A stretch of DNA of 60,980 bases from a virus (Duplodnaviria; Caudoviricetes), in the IMG/VR virus record IMGVR_UViG_3300000317_000001, positions 1 through 60,980 of that record. One strand, given 5' to 3'. Positions 9,867 through 19,583 of this stretch are shown here, one piece after another. How positions within the stretch are numbered: position 1 is the stretch's first letter; each line of letters starts with the position of its first letter. The notes below the pieces were generated by a model that was not told the origin of the DNA, did no database searches, and saw only the letters and a program-made list of their open reading frames with translations. The position numbers were made by a program, and so were the translations under genes.

Positions 9867-10564
9867 TGAAAGTATATTTAAGTGGAAGTACTCAGCAGGA
9901 TAATCAAGGAGTTTTAAACTACGGTACGGAAGAGTACAGAATGCAGCAACTTGCTGATAAAGTAAAGTTGTTTATGGAGCAAGGCAAAGGTAACTTTGAA
10001 ATATATAGAAATAATGGTAGCATGTCTTTGCAGCAAATAATAGAAGATTCAAATTCAAAAAGCCCAAATGTACATGTAGCCCTACATAGTAATGCTGGAG
10101 GAGGTCATGGAACAGAATGCTATTATAGCAATTATCCATCATTTTCGGCTTCATCTAAAAAATTAGCAGATTTAATTTATAATGCTGTTGCGACAATTAC
10201 TGCTCAAAGTGATAGGGGATGCTTGGCAGATACAGTTTTATACAGCCATGGACTTGCAGAAACTAGAGATACTACTGCAGTTGCGTGCTTAATCGAAATT
10301 ATGTTTCATGATAATGAAACTGATGTAAAAGATTATTTATCAAAAATAGACATAATAGCAAAAGCAATAGCAAAAGCTATTTATGCATATTTTGGAACTA
10401 CCTATGCGGAAGAGTCCACTAGGGAAACTGAAAGGGATATCGCAGTTAAAAGAATAAAAGAAATATCAAAATATAGCGATACTTGGATTAAAGAATTTGA
10501 CAAGCTAGCCCAAGAAGGATTAAACATTTGGGGCTTATTAAACAAATACAAAGGAGATAAATAG
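9866..10564 (+). CDS. endolysin, N-acetylmuramoyl-L-alanine amidase (amidase_3)
   Basis: VALHSNA..GTECYY, DRG, LIEIMFHDN motifs; short C-terminal domain. Confidence 0.88.
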   Translation: MKVYLSGSTQQDNQGVLNYGTEEYRMQQLADKVKLFMEQGKGNFEIYRNNGSMSLQQIIEDSNSKSPNVHVALHSNAGGGHGTECYYSNYPSFSASSKKLADLIYNAVATITAQSDRGCLADTVLYSHGLAETRDTTAVACLIEIMFHDNETDVKDYLSKIDIIAKAIAKAIYAYFGTTYAEESTRETERDIAVKRIKEISKYSDTWIKEFDKLAQEGLNIWGLLNKYKGDK

Positions 10565-11089
10565 ATGGCAGAGCAATTAGAACTTACAAAGTGTGTAGTA
10601 TGCAATAGCAAAGTAAAATCAATTACAGATGAAGCAAAAAATGTTAAAGCATATTTTTGCACTAGTGAAAAGTGCAAATATTTTAAAAACGCTTTAAAAA
10701 CAGTTTCCCTAGTGGATATTGACTCTATGATAGGGAATACAAAAGATGATGGCACAATACAAGAGTACGAAACTGGTGCTCATAAAAGTGTTCAAGAAGG
10801 GAAAGGAGCTTTTTATTTGATACCATATGAAGCTATGGAACGTTTAGCAAAAAGATTTGAAGAAGGTGCTGTTAAGTATGGTGCTAGGGATTTTGAAAAA
10901 GGTATTCCAGTTAGCGATTGTGTAAGTGCTGCTATGAGACATTTGATGAAATTTGCGTGTAATTACGATAAAGAAGATCATTTAGCAGCAGCATTATGGA
11001 ACTTAAGCGTGGTTGCTTTTTATGAAGCAAAGCATGTTGGCAATGATATTATATTAGATTTGCCAAAATATAAGGAGGAGTCTAAATGA
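10565..11089 (+). CDS. DUF5664-type dATP/dGTP diphosphohydrolase with N-terminal Zn ribbon
   Basis: ETGA..GKG.F.LIP..GAVKYG.RDFEKG..AMRHL..EDHLAAALWN. Confidence 0.8.
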   Translation: MAEQLELTKCVVCNSKVKSITDEAKNVKAYFCTSEKCKYFKNALKTVSLVDIDSMIGNTKDDGTIQEYETGAHKSVQEGKGAFYLIPYEAMERLAKRFEEGAVKYGARDFEKGIPVSDCVSAAMRHLMKFACNYDKEDHLAAALWNLSVVAFYEAKHVGNDIILDLPKYKEESK

Positions 11090-11868
11090 AATTAGCAAAT
11101 ATTGTTCCAGAAGCGCATTTAGAATTAAGTAAAAATATGCATATGGTATTAGCACATGAATTTATGACTAGGCCTCAATATGCGGAATATTATATAAAAA
11201 AATCTAGTGAAGGAGATGAAGTTATTTTAGACAATAGTGCTTATGAAAAGGGTTGCAGTATCAATGCGGCAACTCTAGCATTAATTGCAAAAGAGTTGAA
11301 ACCTACTCATTTGATATTACCTGATAAAAGATTCGATCAAAAAGCAACTGTTGCTTTAGTAAAAGATTTTCAAAAAGTTGATGAACTAGCTTCTTTAAAT
11401 TGTAAATTACTTGCAGTACCGCAAGGTAATGATTTAAAAAGTGTAGTTGCTTGTTATGAAGAATTAAGCAAATTACAATTTATAGATGGATTTGCTATTT
11501 ATGAAGAAATTGGGCAAGTTACAAAATTGGGTGATGGCAGTAGAGCAGATTTTTGTAGTGCTTTACAACATTGGGAATTAATACATAAAGACTTTTATTA
11601 TCACATGCTAGGATGTGAAGAAAATTTAAATAATACAAAGAGATTAGTAGAATTTCCTTGGATCAATAGTATTGATACTGCAAAAGCAGTAGTATATGGA
11701 TTAAATGATATGGATATTTTGGATTCAAAAAATTATGAAAAATACCCACATAGGCCAAAAGATTATTTTGACATAAAAGAAATAGCACCAATGTGTATTC
11801 AAAACATTAGAACTTTAGAAAAGTGGCTAAATAATTCAAATGAAGAGGAGTGGAAAACTAATGTGTAG
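11086..11868 (+). CDS. putative TGT/DpdA-like TIM-barrel deazaguanine transferase
   Basis: VILDNSAYE, ILPD, AVPQG, HMLG, SIDTA parallel the TGT-fold motifs (DS, D, xxQG, HxxG, D); directly upstream of Gat-QueC. Confidence 0.6.
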   Translation: MKLANIVPEAHLELSKNMHMVLAHEFMTRPQYAEYYIKKSSEGDEVILDNSAYEKGCSINAATLALIAKELKPTHLILPDKRFDQKATVALVKDFQKVDELASLNCKLLAVPQGNDLKSVVACYEELSKLQFIDGFAIYEEIGQVTKLGDGSRADFCSALQHWELIHKDFYYHMLGCEENLNNTKRLVEFPWINSIDTAKAVVYGLNDMDILDSKNYEKYPHRPKDYFDIKEIAPMCIQNIRTLEKWLNNSNEEEWKTNV

Positions 11869-13261
11869 TATATCAGGAATTTTAAATGGAAGTAGTGATA
11901 CTCCAAAACATTGGGAATTAATGAGTGAAATATTTAGAAATTTAATAGAAGTTGGTTCAAATAGAGGTAGAGATAGTGTTGGATTTTGTCAATTTAATGA
12001 CAAATGTGCAAGTGTACTTAGGTTCAAAACTATCAAAAATATTGATTTTGACATAGATGAAATGCATGTTATTATAAACAATAGAGCAGAAGCTACAACT
12101 GAGTACATTAAAGAAAAAACATTTGAGGATATTCAACCTTTTACTTCAAAAAATTGGAGAGTAGTTCACAATGGAACAATAAGTAATGATAAGAAAATAG
12201 TTGAAAAATATCATTTAAAACCAAAAACTAAAATAGATACTGCAGTAATTCCACTAATGCTAGAAGAAGTTTTCGGAAATGAGTTTCCTGTAAATTCAGT
12301 AATAGAGTTTTTGCAAGAAGAATTAGTAGGGTCGTTTGCACTAGCAATTGTACATAAGTTATATCCAGATCAAATATTGCTAATGTGCAACTATAAGCCA
12401 ATATACATAGGCTACTATCATCAATTAGATACTTGGGTATTTGCAACTCAACCAGAAGCTTTTAGTAGTGGAATTGCTACAATGCAACAGTGCAGTGTTC
12501 AAAAATTGCCTCCATACAGTAGTTGTTTACTAAAGCAAGGTTCACAACCCAAAGTTAAAAATTTGTTACCTAAAAAGAAAGTTAATGAAAAAAGAGCGAT
12601 AGTAATATGCAGTGGTGGGTTAGATAGCACAGTTGCAGCAACTATAGCAAGTCAAAACTACAAAGAAGTAACTTTATTGCACTTTTTATACAAATGCAAA
12701 GCCGAATCAAAAGAAAAAGAAGCCGTAGTAAAAATTGCAGAGTATTTACGATGCAATGTTAAATTTATAAAAACTGATATTTTTAAAGAAATATTATCAA
12801 GTAGCTTAACTGATGTAGATAAAGAAATTACTCAAGGAGAAATTGGTATTGAATATGCTCACGAATGGATTTACTCTAGAAACCTGATCATGCTGAGTAT
12901 TGCACTAGGCTATGCTGAAAAGAATAATTTTGATGTAATAATGCTAGGTAATAATTTAGAGGAAGAAAATAGTTATTCGGATAATTGTCAAGAATTTATA
13001 AGAAAATTTGGAGAGTTAATACCTAATAGCGTAAATTTAAACAAAAAAATTGAAATTGCAGAACCCGTAGGTAATTTAATGAAACATGAAATTGTAAAAT
13101 TAGGCTTAGAAATTAATGCACCTTTGCATTTAAGTTGGAGTTGCTATGAAGGGAAAGAAGTACGTTGTGGCACATGCGGTCCTTGTAATCTTAGGAAAAA
13201 AGCATTCGCAATGAATGATAGGTTAGATTTAGTTCCGTATTCAGATTCAAAAATAATTTAG
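11861..13261 (+). CDS. queC: Gat-QueC fusion (class II glutamine amidotransferase + 7-cyano-7-deazaguanine synthase)
   Basis: N-terminal MCSISG, RGRDS, HNGTI; C-terminal CSGGLDS, RN, K.EIV, SWSCY..CGTCGPC..R. Confidence 0.93.
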   Translation: MCSISGILNGSSDTPKHWELMSEIFRNLIEVGSNRGRDSVGFCQFNDKCASVLRFKTIKNIDFDIDEMHVIINNRAEATTEYIKEKTFEDIQPFTSKNWRVVHNGTISNDKKIVEKYHLKPKTKIDTAVIPLMLEEVFGNEFPVNSVIEFLQEELVGSFALAIVHKLYPDQILLMCNYKPIYIGYYHQLDTWVFATQPEAFSSGIATMQQCSVQKLPPYSSCLLKQGSQPKVKNLLPKKKVNEKRAIVICSGGLDSTVAATIASQNYKEVTLLHFLYKCKAESKEKEAVVKIAEYLRCNVKFIKTDIFKEILSSSLTDVDKEITQGEIGIEYAHEWIYSRNLIMLSIALGYAEKNNFDVIMLGNNLEEENSYSDNCQEFIRKFGELIPNSVNLNKKIEIAEPVGNLMKHEIVKLGLEINAPLHLSWSCYEGKEVRCGTCGPCNLRKKAFAMNDRLDLVPYSDSKII

Positions 13262-13272
13262 TAGGAGGAAAT

Positions 13273-15894
13273 ATGATTTGTAACAAATGTAAAGAAACAG
13301 AAAAATGCCTTAAAATAGATTCAGAAATATGCCCAAAGTGTAAAGTAATGGTTGTTGCCGAAAAACCAACTGGATTTGAATGCATTAGTAAGACTAAATT
13401 TAAAGGATATCAATATAATTTTTTAATGCAAGTTATTCGGAAGGTGCAAAATGAGTTATCCCTAGCGGATAGCTCGATTTATGCAACATATGCTATAAAA
13501 GCGCCATTAACAGCATGGAGTGCAGTAAGAGCAAAAAAGTGTTCTGAAATATTATTTGAAGAAATTAAAGCAGTAAAACCAAAAGTAATAATTGCTTTAG
13601 GTGCATCTGTAGGCAGATTATTTACTGGAAAATCTCAAGATGTACCCCAACTTAGAAAAGAACCAGTATTCCTTAGAGATCTTAAATGTTGGATTGTACC
13701 TACGTATGCTCCAGGAAGCATAACGTATAATTTAAGCATATTAAAAGATTTAGAAAATGATATCAGAAAAGCATTTCAATTAACTCAAGCGAAATTTCCA
13801 CTAGGGAACAAGGTTGAAATCGGATTAGTAACATCTAAAAGTGTAAAAAGAAATAAAAAGATATTGGAGGCAATGTTGAAATGGAAGGGTAAAGATATAT
13901 CATTTGATATAGAAACTGAAGGATTAGATTATTGTCAACACCAAGTTTTAGCATTAGGATTTGCTTGGGATGAAAGATATAGCTATACAATACCTCAAAA
14001 TGTATTAGAAGACAAGGGTATTCAATGTTTGTTAGATCAATTTTTTCAAACTGAAAATATATTCATTGGTCAAAATGCGAAATTTGATGTTGGTTTCTTA
14101 AGATTTGATGCAGTATTTAAGAAAGTTGTAATACCACATGCAAGATATGATGAAGATACAATGTTAATGCATTACTGCCTTGATGAAAGAACTGGAACAC
14201 ATGGTTTAAAGAAATGGGCAATTGATTATTTTAACGCACCAGATTGGGAAAGTGATATTAAAAGATACCTTCCGAATAAAGAATCTTTATATAGTTTAAT
14301 ACCAGAAAATATCTTGCATAAATATTTGAAATTTGATGTACATTATACCCTACGAGGGTATCGTTTATTTAAAGAACTCATTAAATCAGAAGGTACTGAA
14401 ATGTGCTATAAAAATGTATTGCTTCCCGTATCAAAAGCATTTACTGAAATTGAACTTGAAGGTGTTATGCTTGATGTTGATGCACTTAAGCAAAAAATGG
14501 CAGAAGCAAAACCAGAAATGGCAAGATTGTCAAATGAACTTTTAGAAGAAGCAACTAAAGTTGGTTGGAGCCCAGAAAAATATGTTGAAGTTACTGGAGC
14601 AAAAGAAGTGCCAAAGTTCTTTAATGTTAAATCAAGCAAACAAATGCAATGGGTTGCATATGATCTATGTGATATGCCAAAGTGGAATATGGGCAGAGAT
14701 GGCTATAAAAAGAGTTGCTGCAAAGATGCAGTAGAAGTTTATAGATATAGGCATCCATTTTGGAAAAAACTACATGAGTATAAGCAAGTAGCAGATTTAT
14801 TTGGAATATATGTTAAGGGTATGTTAGAAGCCGTCGATGGTGATGGAAAAATAAGACCTGATTTTTACTTAACTGGTACAGTAACTGGACGTATAAGTTG
14901 CCATTCGCCAAATCTTCAAAATTTACCTAGAAAATCTTTTGTCAAAAATATGTTCATAGTACCAGAAGATTGCGTTTGTGTAAATGTTGACTATAAAACA
15001 CTAGAGGTTGTAGTTGCATCAATATTGTGTGGAGATGAAGTAATGCAACAACCATTTCTAGATGGGCAAGACTTTCACAACTTAAGTACAGAAGGTATTT
15101 TCAAAGATGATCTAGTTAACTTAAGAAACTGGACTTCCGCTAGGGAAACTGAGAAATTAATCGAGTATTGTAACAGACCAATAATGTCCGAAGTTCGAGA
15201 ATACATAGTAAATGATTATTTGCTCAAGAGTGATTTTGATGGTGCAATGGCTCAAATATTTGATTACTTAAGATTTTTAAATAAATTTGTGATTTTTGGT
15301 GTGCTTTACGGTAGAAAAGCAAGAAGTTTAGCAGAAGGAGAGTTAAATTGTAGCGTATTAGAAGCTCAAAACTATATTGATCAATTTTTTATAAAGTTTC
15401 CAAAATTTGCTATATGGGCAAAAAATCAACAAGAAATGGCAGTAACTCAAGGGTACGTACAAACGGCATTTGGTTTTAAGCGCAGATGGAGTTCAATATC
15501 ACAAGATGAAATTTATAGGATAGAAAACCAATCGATTAACACGCCTATACAAGGTACTGCAGCACAAATTACTTTGATGGCGTTAACAAAGTGCCATGAA
15601 GCGTTTAAAACAAATAAATATGGCAGAGTATTATTTACAGTACATGACTCAATTGTATTTGAAGTTAAAAAAGCATATTTAAATGCAAGTTTAGATTTAA
15701 TACACAACATAATGGCAAAAATGCCAAAAGAGTTGAATACAAAATTGCCTCTAGTAGCAGAAATTGAAATAGGCAAAAATTATGGGGAACACATATTAGT
15801 AAAAAGGTCCCCTAGTGGAATTTGGGTAAATGCAAAAGATAAAGATAAAGAGCAATTTGAAAATTTAATGCTTAAATATTTAACAAATTATTAA
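13273..15894 (+). CDS. family A DNA polymerase with N-terminal UDG-like and 3'-5' exonuclease domains
   Basis: FDIETEG, QNAKFD, TGRISCHSPNLQN, DYKTLE, K..FG..YG, NTPIQGTAA, TVHDS; EEIKAVKPKVIIALG UDG-family segment. Confidence 0.93.
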   Translation: MICNKCKETEKCLKIDSEICPKCKVMVVAEKPTGFECISKTKFKGYQYNFLMQVIRKVQNELSLADSSIYATYAIKAPLTAWSAVRAKKCSEILFEEIKAVKPKVIIALGASVGRLFTGKSQDVPQLRKEPVFLRDLKCWIVPTYAPGSITYNLSILKDLENDIRKAFQLTQAKFPLGNKVEIGLVTSKSVKRNKKILEAMLKWKGKDISFDIETEGLDYCQHQVLALGFAWDERYSYTIPQNVLEDKGIQCLLDQFFQTENIFIGQNAKFDVGFLRFDAVFKKVVIPHARYDEDTMLMHYCLDERTGTHGLKKWAIDYFNAPDWESDIKRYLPNKESLYSLIPENILHKYLKFDVHYTLRGYRLFKELIKSEGTEMCYKNVLLPVSKAFTEIELEGVMLDVDALKQKMAEAKPEMARLSNELLEEATKVGWSPEKYVEVTGAKEVPKFFNVKSSKQMQWVAYDLCDMPKWNMGRDGYKKSCCKDAVEVYRYRHPFWKKLHEYKQVADLFGIYVKGMLEAVDGDGKIRPDFYLTGTVTGRISCHSPNLQNLPRKSFVKNMFIVPEDCVCVNVDYKTLEVVVASILCGDEVMQQPFLDGQDFHNLSTEGIFKDDLVNLRNWTSARETEKLIEYCNRPIMSEVREYIVNDYLLKSDFDGAMAQIFDYLRFLNKFVIFGVLYGRKARSLAEGELNCSVLEAQNYIDQFFIKFPKFAIWAKNQQEMAVTQGYVQTAFGFKRRWSSISQDEIYRIENQSINTPIQGTAAQITLMALTKCHEAFKTNKYGRVLFTVHDSIVFEVKKAYLNASLDLIHNIMAKMPKELNTKLPLVAEIEIGKNYGEHILVKRSPSGIWVNAKDKDKEQFENLMLKYLTNY

Positions 15895-15971
15895 TGGATA
15901 TAGTCGATTTAAATTAAACGAATTTCATAATTTTATATGAAAACGTTATTTAAATTCGACTATAACCATTA
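15892..15971. repeat. tripartite palindrome family, copy 2
   Basis: TAATGGATATAGTCGATTTAAAT..TATATGAAAACG..ATTTAAATTCGACTATAACCATTA; overlaps the polymerase stop codon. Confidence 0.92.
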
Positions 15972-15993
15972 TATAGAAAGCGTATAAAACCAA

Positions 15994-16023
15994 AAATAAA
16001 TAACCCATATGGGTTATTTATTT
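15994..16023. terminator. bidirectional intrinsic terminator between convergent genes
   Basis: AAATAAATAACCCAT-ATGGGTTATTTATTT palindrome. Confidence 0.65.
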
Positions 16024-16029
16024 GTTTAT

Positions 16030-16209
16030 TTAAAATTCCATTTCTTCAAGAAATATTTCAAATTCTTCTATAAGTCTTTCTTTATTAAGTAATTTTTCAA
16101 AATATTTCCATTGACCAAATTCCCCAATGCTTTGAAAAATTTCTTCCCAATCTTTTTTATTTTGAAGGCAGTATTCTTTTAAAATTTCTTTACACTTTGT
16201 ATTTTTCAT
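16030..16209 (-). CDS. hypothetical protein (59 aa)
   Basis: Hand translation MKNTKCKEILKEYC...; AGGAGG RBS on the minus strand. Confidence 0.7.
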   Translation of the reverse strand: MKNTKCKEILKEYCLQNKKDWEEIFQSIGEFGQWKYFEKLLNKERLIEEFEIFLEEMEF

Positions 16210-16259
16210 TTTTTATATTCCTCCTTATTAAATAGGGTACCCTACATGGGTACCCTTTG

Positions 16260-16358
16260 TTATAGCCACTTACTAGACCATTTTGAATTGTGCTTGCGCA
16301 TAAACCATTTTAATTTTGTTTTAAGTCTTTTAAATTTTAAATGTGTTTTAGTATACAT
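16260..16358 (-). CDS. basic micropeptide (32 aa)
   Basis: MYTKTHLKFKRLKTKLKWFMRKHNSKWSSKWL; AAGGAGGT RBS; consensus promoter at 16434-16406. Confidence 0.6.
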   Translation of the reverse strand: MYTKTHLKFKRLKTKLKWFMRKHNSKWSSKWL

Positions 16359-16576
16359 AATGTTTACCTCCTTTTTAAAATAATTTATTTATTTATTATA
16401 TTATTATTATATAATACTTGAGTGTAAAAATCAAGTGTTTTATATTAAAATAACATTAAAATAATATTAAGTAAGTTTAATATTTATTTTGTAAAAACCA
16501 CTTGATTTTTGTTTCATTTTATTATATAATAATAATATAATAAATAAATAAAATTAATAAATAGGAGGTAACAAAT

Positions 16577-16978
16577 ATGTTACAAGAAAATTATAAAGAT
16601 TTTATAAAAGCTTGCCCCCAATGCAATTATTTTGAAAATGATTTAAATATGCAAAATATTTTCAAAATAATTGTGCAAGAGGATAACATAATTAAACAAA
16701 TTGAATTTACTAATTATAAAAAATGTGCTATTGGTGCAATTATAAATCAAATTGACAAATATGTATTAAGTGTTAATTTAGTTTTAACAACTAGGCATAA
16801 AAGTGCAATTGGTAAAATGGTAAGTTTTGTATTAAATTTATTTGGATATAAAGCAAAAAGTAGAGGCAATAGATGCATACCTATAACTTTAAATTCAAAA
16901 TACGTTAAAGGTGGGGCTGTATATATAAAAACAATTACAGCAAAATATCAAATTGTTACAACAATTGAAAATTGTTAA
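16577..16978 (+). CDS. hypothetical protein
   Basis: Own promoter, AGGAGGT RBS and terminator (16983-17013). Confidence 0.75.
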   Translation: MLQENYKDFIKACPQCNYFENDLNMQNIFKIIVQEDNIIKQIEFTNYKKCAIGAIINQIDKYVLSVNLVLTTRHKSAIGKMVSFVLNLFGYKAKSRGNRCIPITLNSKYVKGGAVYIKTITAKYQIVTTIENC

Positions 16979-17033
16979 AATTAAAATAACCCCAAGTGGG
17001 TTATTTTTTTTTTGCAAATATAGTCATTATATA

Positions 17034-17104
17034 TAATGGATATAGCCCAATTAAAATAACCTAATTATATATTTATGTGAAATGGTAATTTTAAATCGAC
17101 TATA
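17034..17104. repeat. tripartite palindrome family, copy 3 (more degenerate)
   Basis: TAATGGATATAGCCCAATTAAAAT..TATATTTATGTG..ATTTTAAATCGACTATA. Confidence 0.85.
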
Positions 17105-17247
17105 CAAAAAAAAAATAGCAACTATTTATATTAAAATAATATTAAGATATTTTAATGCTATTTTAATATAAAAACACTTGATTTTTGTTTCATTTTATTA
17201 TATAATAATAATATAATAAATAAAATTAATAAATAGGAGGTAACAAA

Positions 17248-17394
17248 ATGGCTAAAGTATTTGTAGATATGAAAGAAGTGTTTGATGGTTGTGACCAAGA
17301 CTGTGCAACATATGCAGTTCAAATGAAGAAATGTAACCCAAAATCATTTATTGAAATAGCTTTTGATGATGGCAAAACAGTTGAGCAAAGATAA
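17248..17394 (+). CDS. hypothetical microprotein (48 aa)
   Basis: Promoter/RBS block nearly identical to 16495-16576; AGAGGTC-TTCG-GACCTCT hairpin after the stop. Confidence 0.7.
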   Translation: MAKVFVDMKEVFDGCDQDCATYAVQMKKCNPKSFIEIAFDDGKTVEQR

Positions 17395-17532
17395 TAAAAG
17401 AGGTCTTCGGACCTCTAGTTAATATAATTTTAATAAAACTTTTTTAAGAAAACACTTGATTTTTGAACAAAAGTATTATATAATAATATTATAATAAATA
17501 AATAAAAAAAAAAAATATTAGGGGGAACAAAA

Positions 17533-18273
17533 ATGAAAAAATTTATAATTGAAACAACAGAAGGAAGAAAGTTTATAGAATTAGCACAAAGTAGAAAAAG
17601 TGCAAAAGAGGAATTTCAATATAGAACAGGTTTAACAATTGAAGATGTTGAACTAGTAGAAACAACAGCAAGTGCAGTTGATATAGAAAAAGGAAATTAT
17701 GAATTATCAGAAGATGTAGTAGAGCTATTAGAAACTTTAGAAGAAGCAAATTGGGCAGAAGATGAAAAAGTAGAAGAAACAATACCAGAAATGGTTGAAA
17801 GTACTCAAAGAAAACTTGAAAGAATTACTTGGACTTTGCATAAAGAATTAGCCTTAAAAATAACTGTAAATTCGAAATCAAAAGTTCAATCAGATTTAGA
17901 AAGTGAAATGGCAAATACCGTAAGTATATTTTATGGAAATGAGTTTGAAGTAGAAATTGATAAAAACACTTTAGGAATTGTTTTTAGAACAACTTATTCA
18001 AACCAGTTAATTGATGCAAATTTCTTAAAAACTTTAAATGATATCAATTACACAATAATTGCAATAAATAAAGCAATTGAATTAGGTGCATTTGATAATG
18101 AAACAAAAGTAGTAACTGAAACAATAGGAGAAGGAGAAGCACAAATTAAAAACGTTGTTTCATATCACGAATGTGTTTTAAGATTTATCAAGTGCAACTT
18201 CAATGCAAGAATTGAAACATTAATATCAACTGGAACAGCTCAATTGGGTAAAAGTACTTACACACTTGTGTAG
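17533..18273 (+). CDS. hypothetical acidic protein (probably early)
   Basis: Consensus promoter at 17456, RBS, 246-aa ORF. Confidence 0.75.
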   Translation: MKKFIIETTEGRKFIELAQSRKSAKEEFQYRTGLTIEDVELVETTASAVDIEKGNYELSEDVVELLETLEEANWAEDEKVEETIPEMVESTQRKLERITWTLHKELALKITVNSKSKVQSDLESEMANTVSIFYGNEFEVEIDKNTLGIVFRTTYSNQLIDANFLKTLNDINYTIIAINKAIELGAFDNETKVVTETIGEGEAQIKNVVSYHECVLRFIKCNFNARIETLISTGTAQLGKSTYTLV

Positions 18274-18400
18274 GAATTCCACTAGGGAAACTAATATGTG
18301 GTTTCCCTTAAAAATTTTTTAAATTATTTAATGAAAAACTATTGATTTATATTATATTATAATATATAATATAAATATAGAAAGTTAAGGAGGAAGAAAG

Positions 18401-18877
18401 TTGATTGAAAGGGAGTTTAACGTTTATTGTTTTGGTGTATCAAATAAAAAAGTTGGTGCTTGGTGCTTTACAATTTATGATAATTGTGGAGTAGCACAAA
18501 TTTTAAAAAGAAATCGCAAGAAAAATGCAACTGAAAATGAAATGTGCTTAACTGCAATTGTACATGCACTGTCTTATTTGAAAGAAGGCGCAAATATTTC
18601 AATAATTGTTAACAATAAATTTATATATGATACTATTGAGCAAGGTTGGGCTAAAACTTGGCTCAGAAATGGTTGGAGAACTTCAACAACTAATAAAGAG
18701 GTTGAGCACAAAGAGCTATGGGCACAAGTAATTGCACTCATGTCTTTAGCAAATGAATGTACAGTAATGCATTCACAATGCATTGAGTATTCAGAAATGA
18801 GGGGTATGTTTGTAAGAGAAAGTGTTGAAAGAGCACTTTCTTATACAAATAAATTAGTACAGGAGGAAATAGAATGA
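18401..18877 (+). CDS. RNase HI-like protein, apparently catalytically degenerate
   Basis: TENEMCLTAIVHAL, W..NGW.T...EVEHKELW; expected Asp residues are replaced (VYCFG, IVNNK). Confidence 0.75.
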   Translation: MIEREFNVYCFGVSNKKVGAWCFTIYDNCGVAQILKRNRKKNATENEMCLTAIVHALSYLKEGANISIIVNNKFIYDTIEQGWAKTWLRNGWRTSTTNKEVEHKELWAQVIALMSLANECTVMHSQCIEYSEMRGMFVRESVERALSYTNKLVQEEIE

Positions 18878-19134
18878 GTGATTTGCTACCAAGTTATTAT
18901 TTGCCAAAGCAAAAAAGTACAAATAAACAAATACGTGTAGCAGTTGGCAAATACGTTCAAAATTTAAGGGAAAGACTAGGGTGGAGTGTTGAAACGCTAT
19001 GCTTAAAATTTGATACTCAAAAAGTGCTTTGGGAGCAATTTGAAAAAGGAATATGTTCCCTAGCGGACTTTGCAGATGAAGATGTAATATATTACCTGCA
19101 AGAAAATGTTAAAAAATTGGAGGGAAAAAGATGA
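18874..19134 (+). CDS. HTH (XRE-like) protein
   Basis: VGKYVQNLRERLGWSVETL...WEQFEKG. Confidence 0.6.
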   Translation: MSDLLPSYYLPKQKSTNKQIRVAVGKYVQNLRERLGWSVETLCLKFDTQKVLWEQFEKGICSLADFADEDVIYYLQENVKKLEGKR

Positions 19135-19583
19135 AATTTAATGAAAAAATAATTGTAGGTGTAGCCGTTCTTAGTTTTTCAAGTATGTCTTTTAGTGGTA
19201 TATTTGCAGGCAATAAGAAGTTACAAAAAGTTGAGGATGTGCCTAAAGAAAAAGCACAAGTAGTACACGTAGACAAAGTAAATGTAACAAAGAAAGCAAC
19301 TGCTAAGCCAGAAGTTACACCAATACCAACTGTTAAGCAAGAAACAATAGCTGATAAATGCTTAAAAATAGCTCAAGAAAAACATGGGCAGTTACTTGTA
19401 AGTTTTTTAACTACAATTGATGAATTAAAATATGTTCAAACTGGGTATGATATATCCAAAGAAGATACTTTTACAGGACTATGGTGGTACCATGCTATTT
19501 CATTTAATGATGGTTCAAAAATAGTTGTAATATGCAAAGATAGTTCAGAAGGTCAAACAATTAGAAGTAGTGAGGTAAAATAA
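19131..19583 (+). CDS. secreted or membrane-anchored hypothetical protein
   Basis: N-terminal hydrophobic segment followed by a PEVTPIPT linker. Confidence 0.6.
   Translation: MKFNEKIIVGVAVLSFSSMSFSGIFAGNKKLQKVEDVPKEKAQVVHVDKVNVTKKATAKPEVTPIPTVKQETIADKCLKIAQEKHGQLLVSFLTTIDELKYVQTGYDISKEDTFTGLWWYHAISFNDGSKIVVICKDSSEGQTIRSSEVK

Noticed and set aside
15080-15270. Intein or intron in PolA
   Set aside because: The insertion is short, the frame is continuous, and there are no C/S...HN splice motifs.
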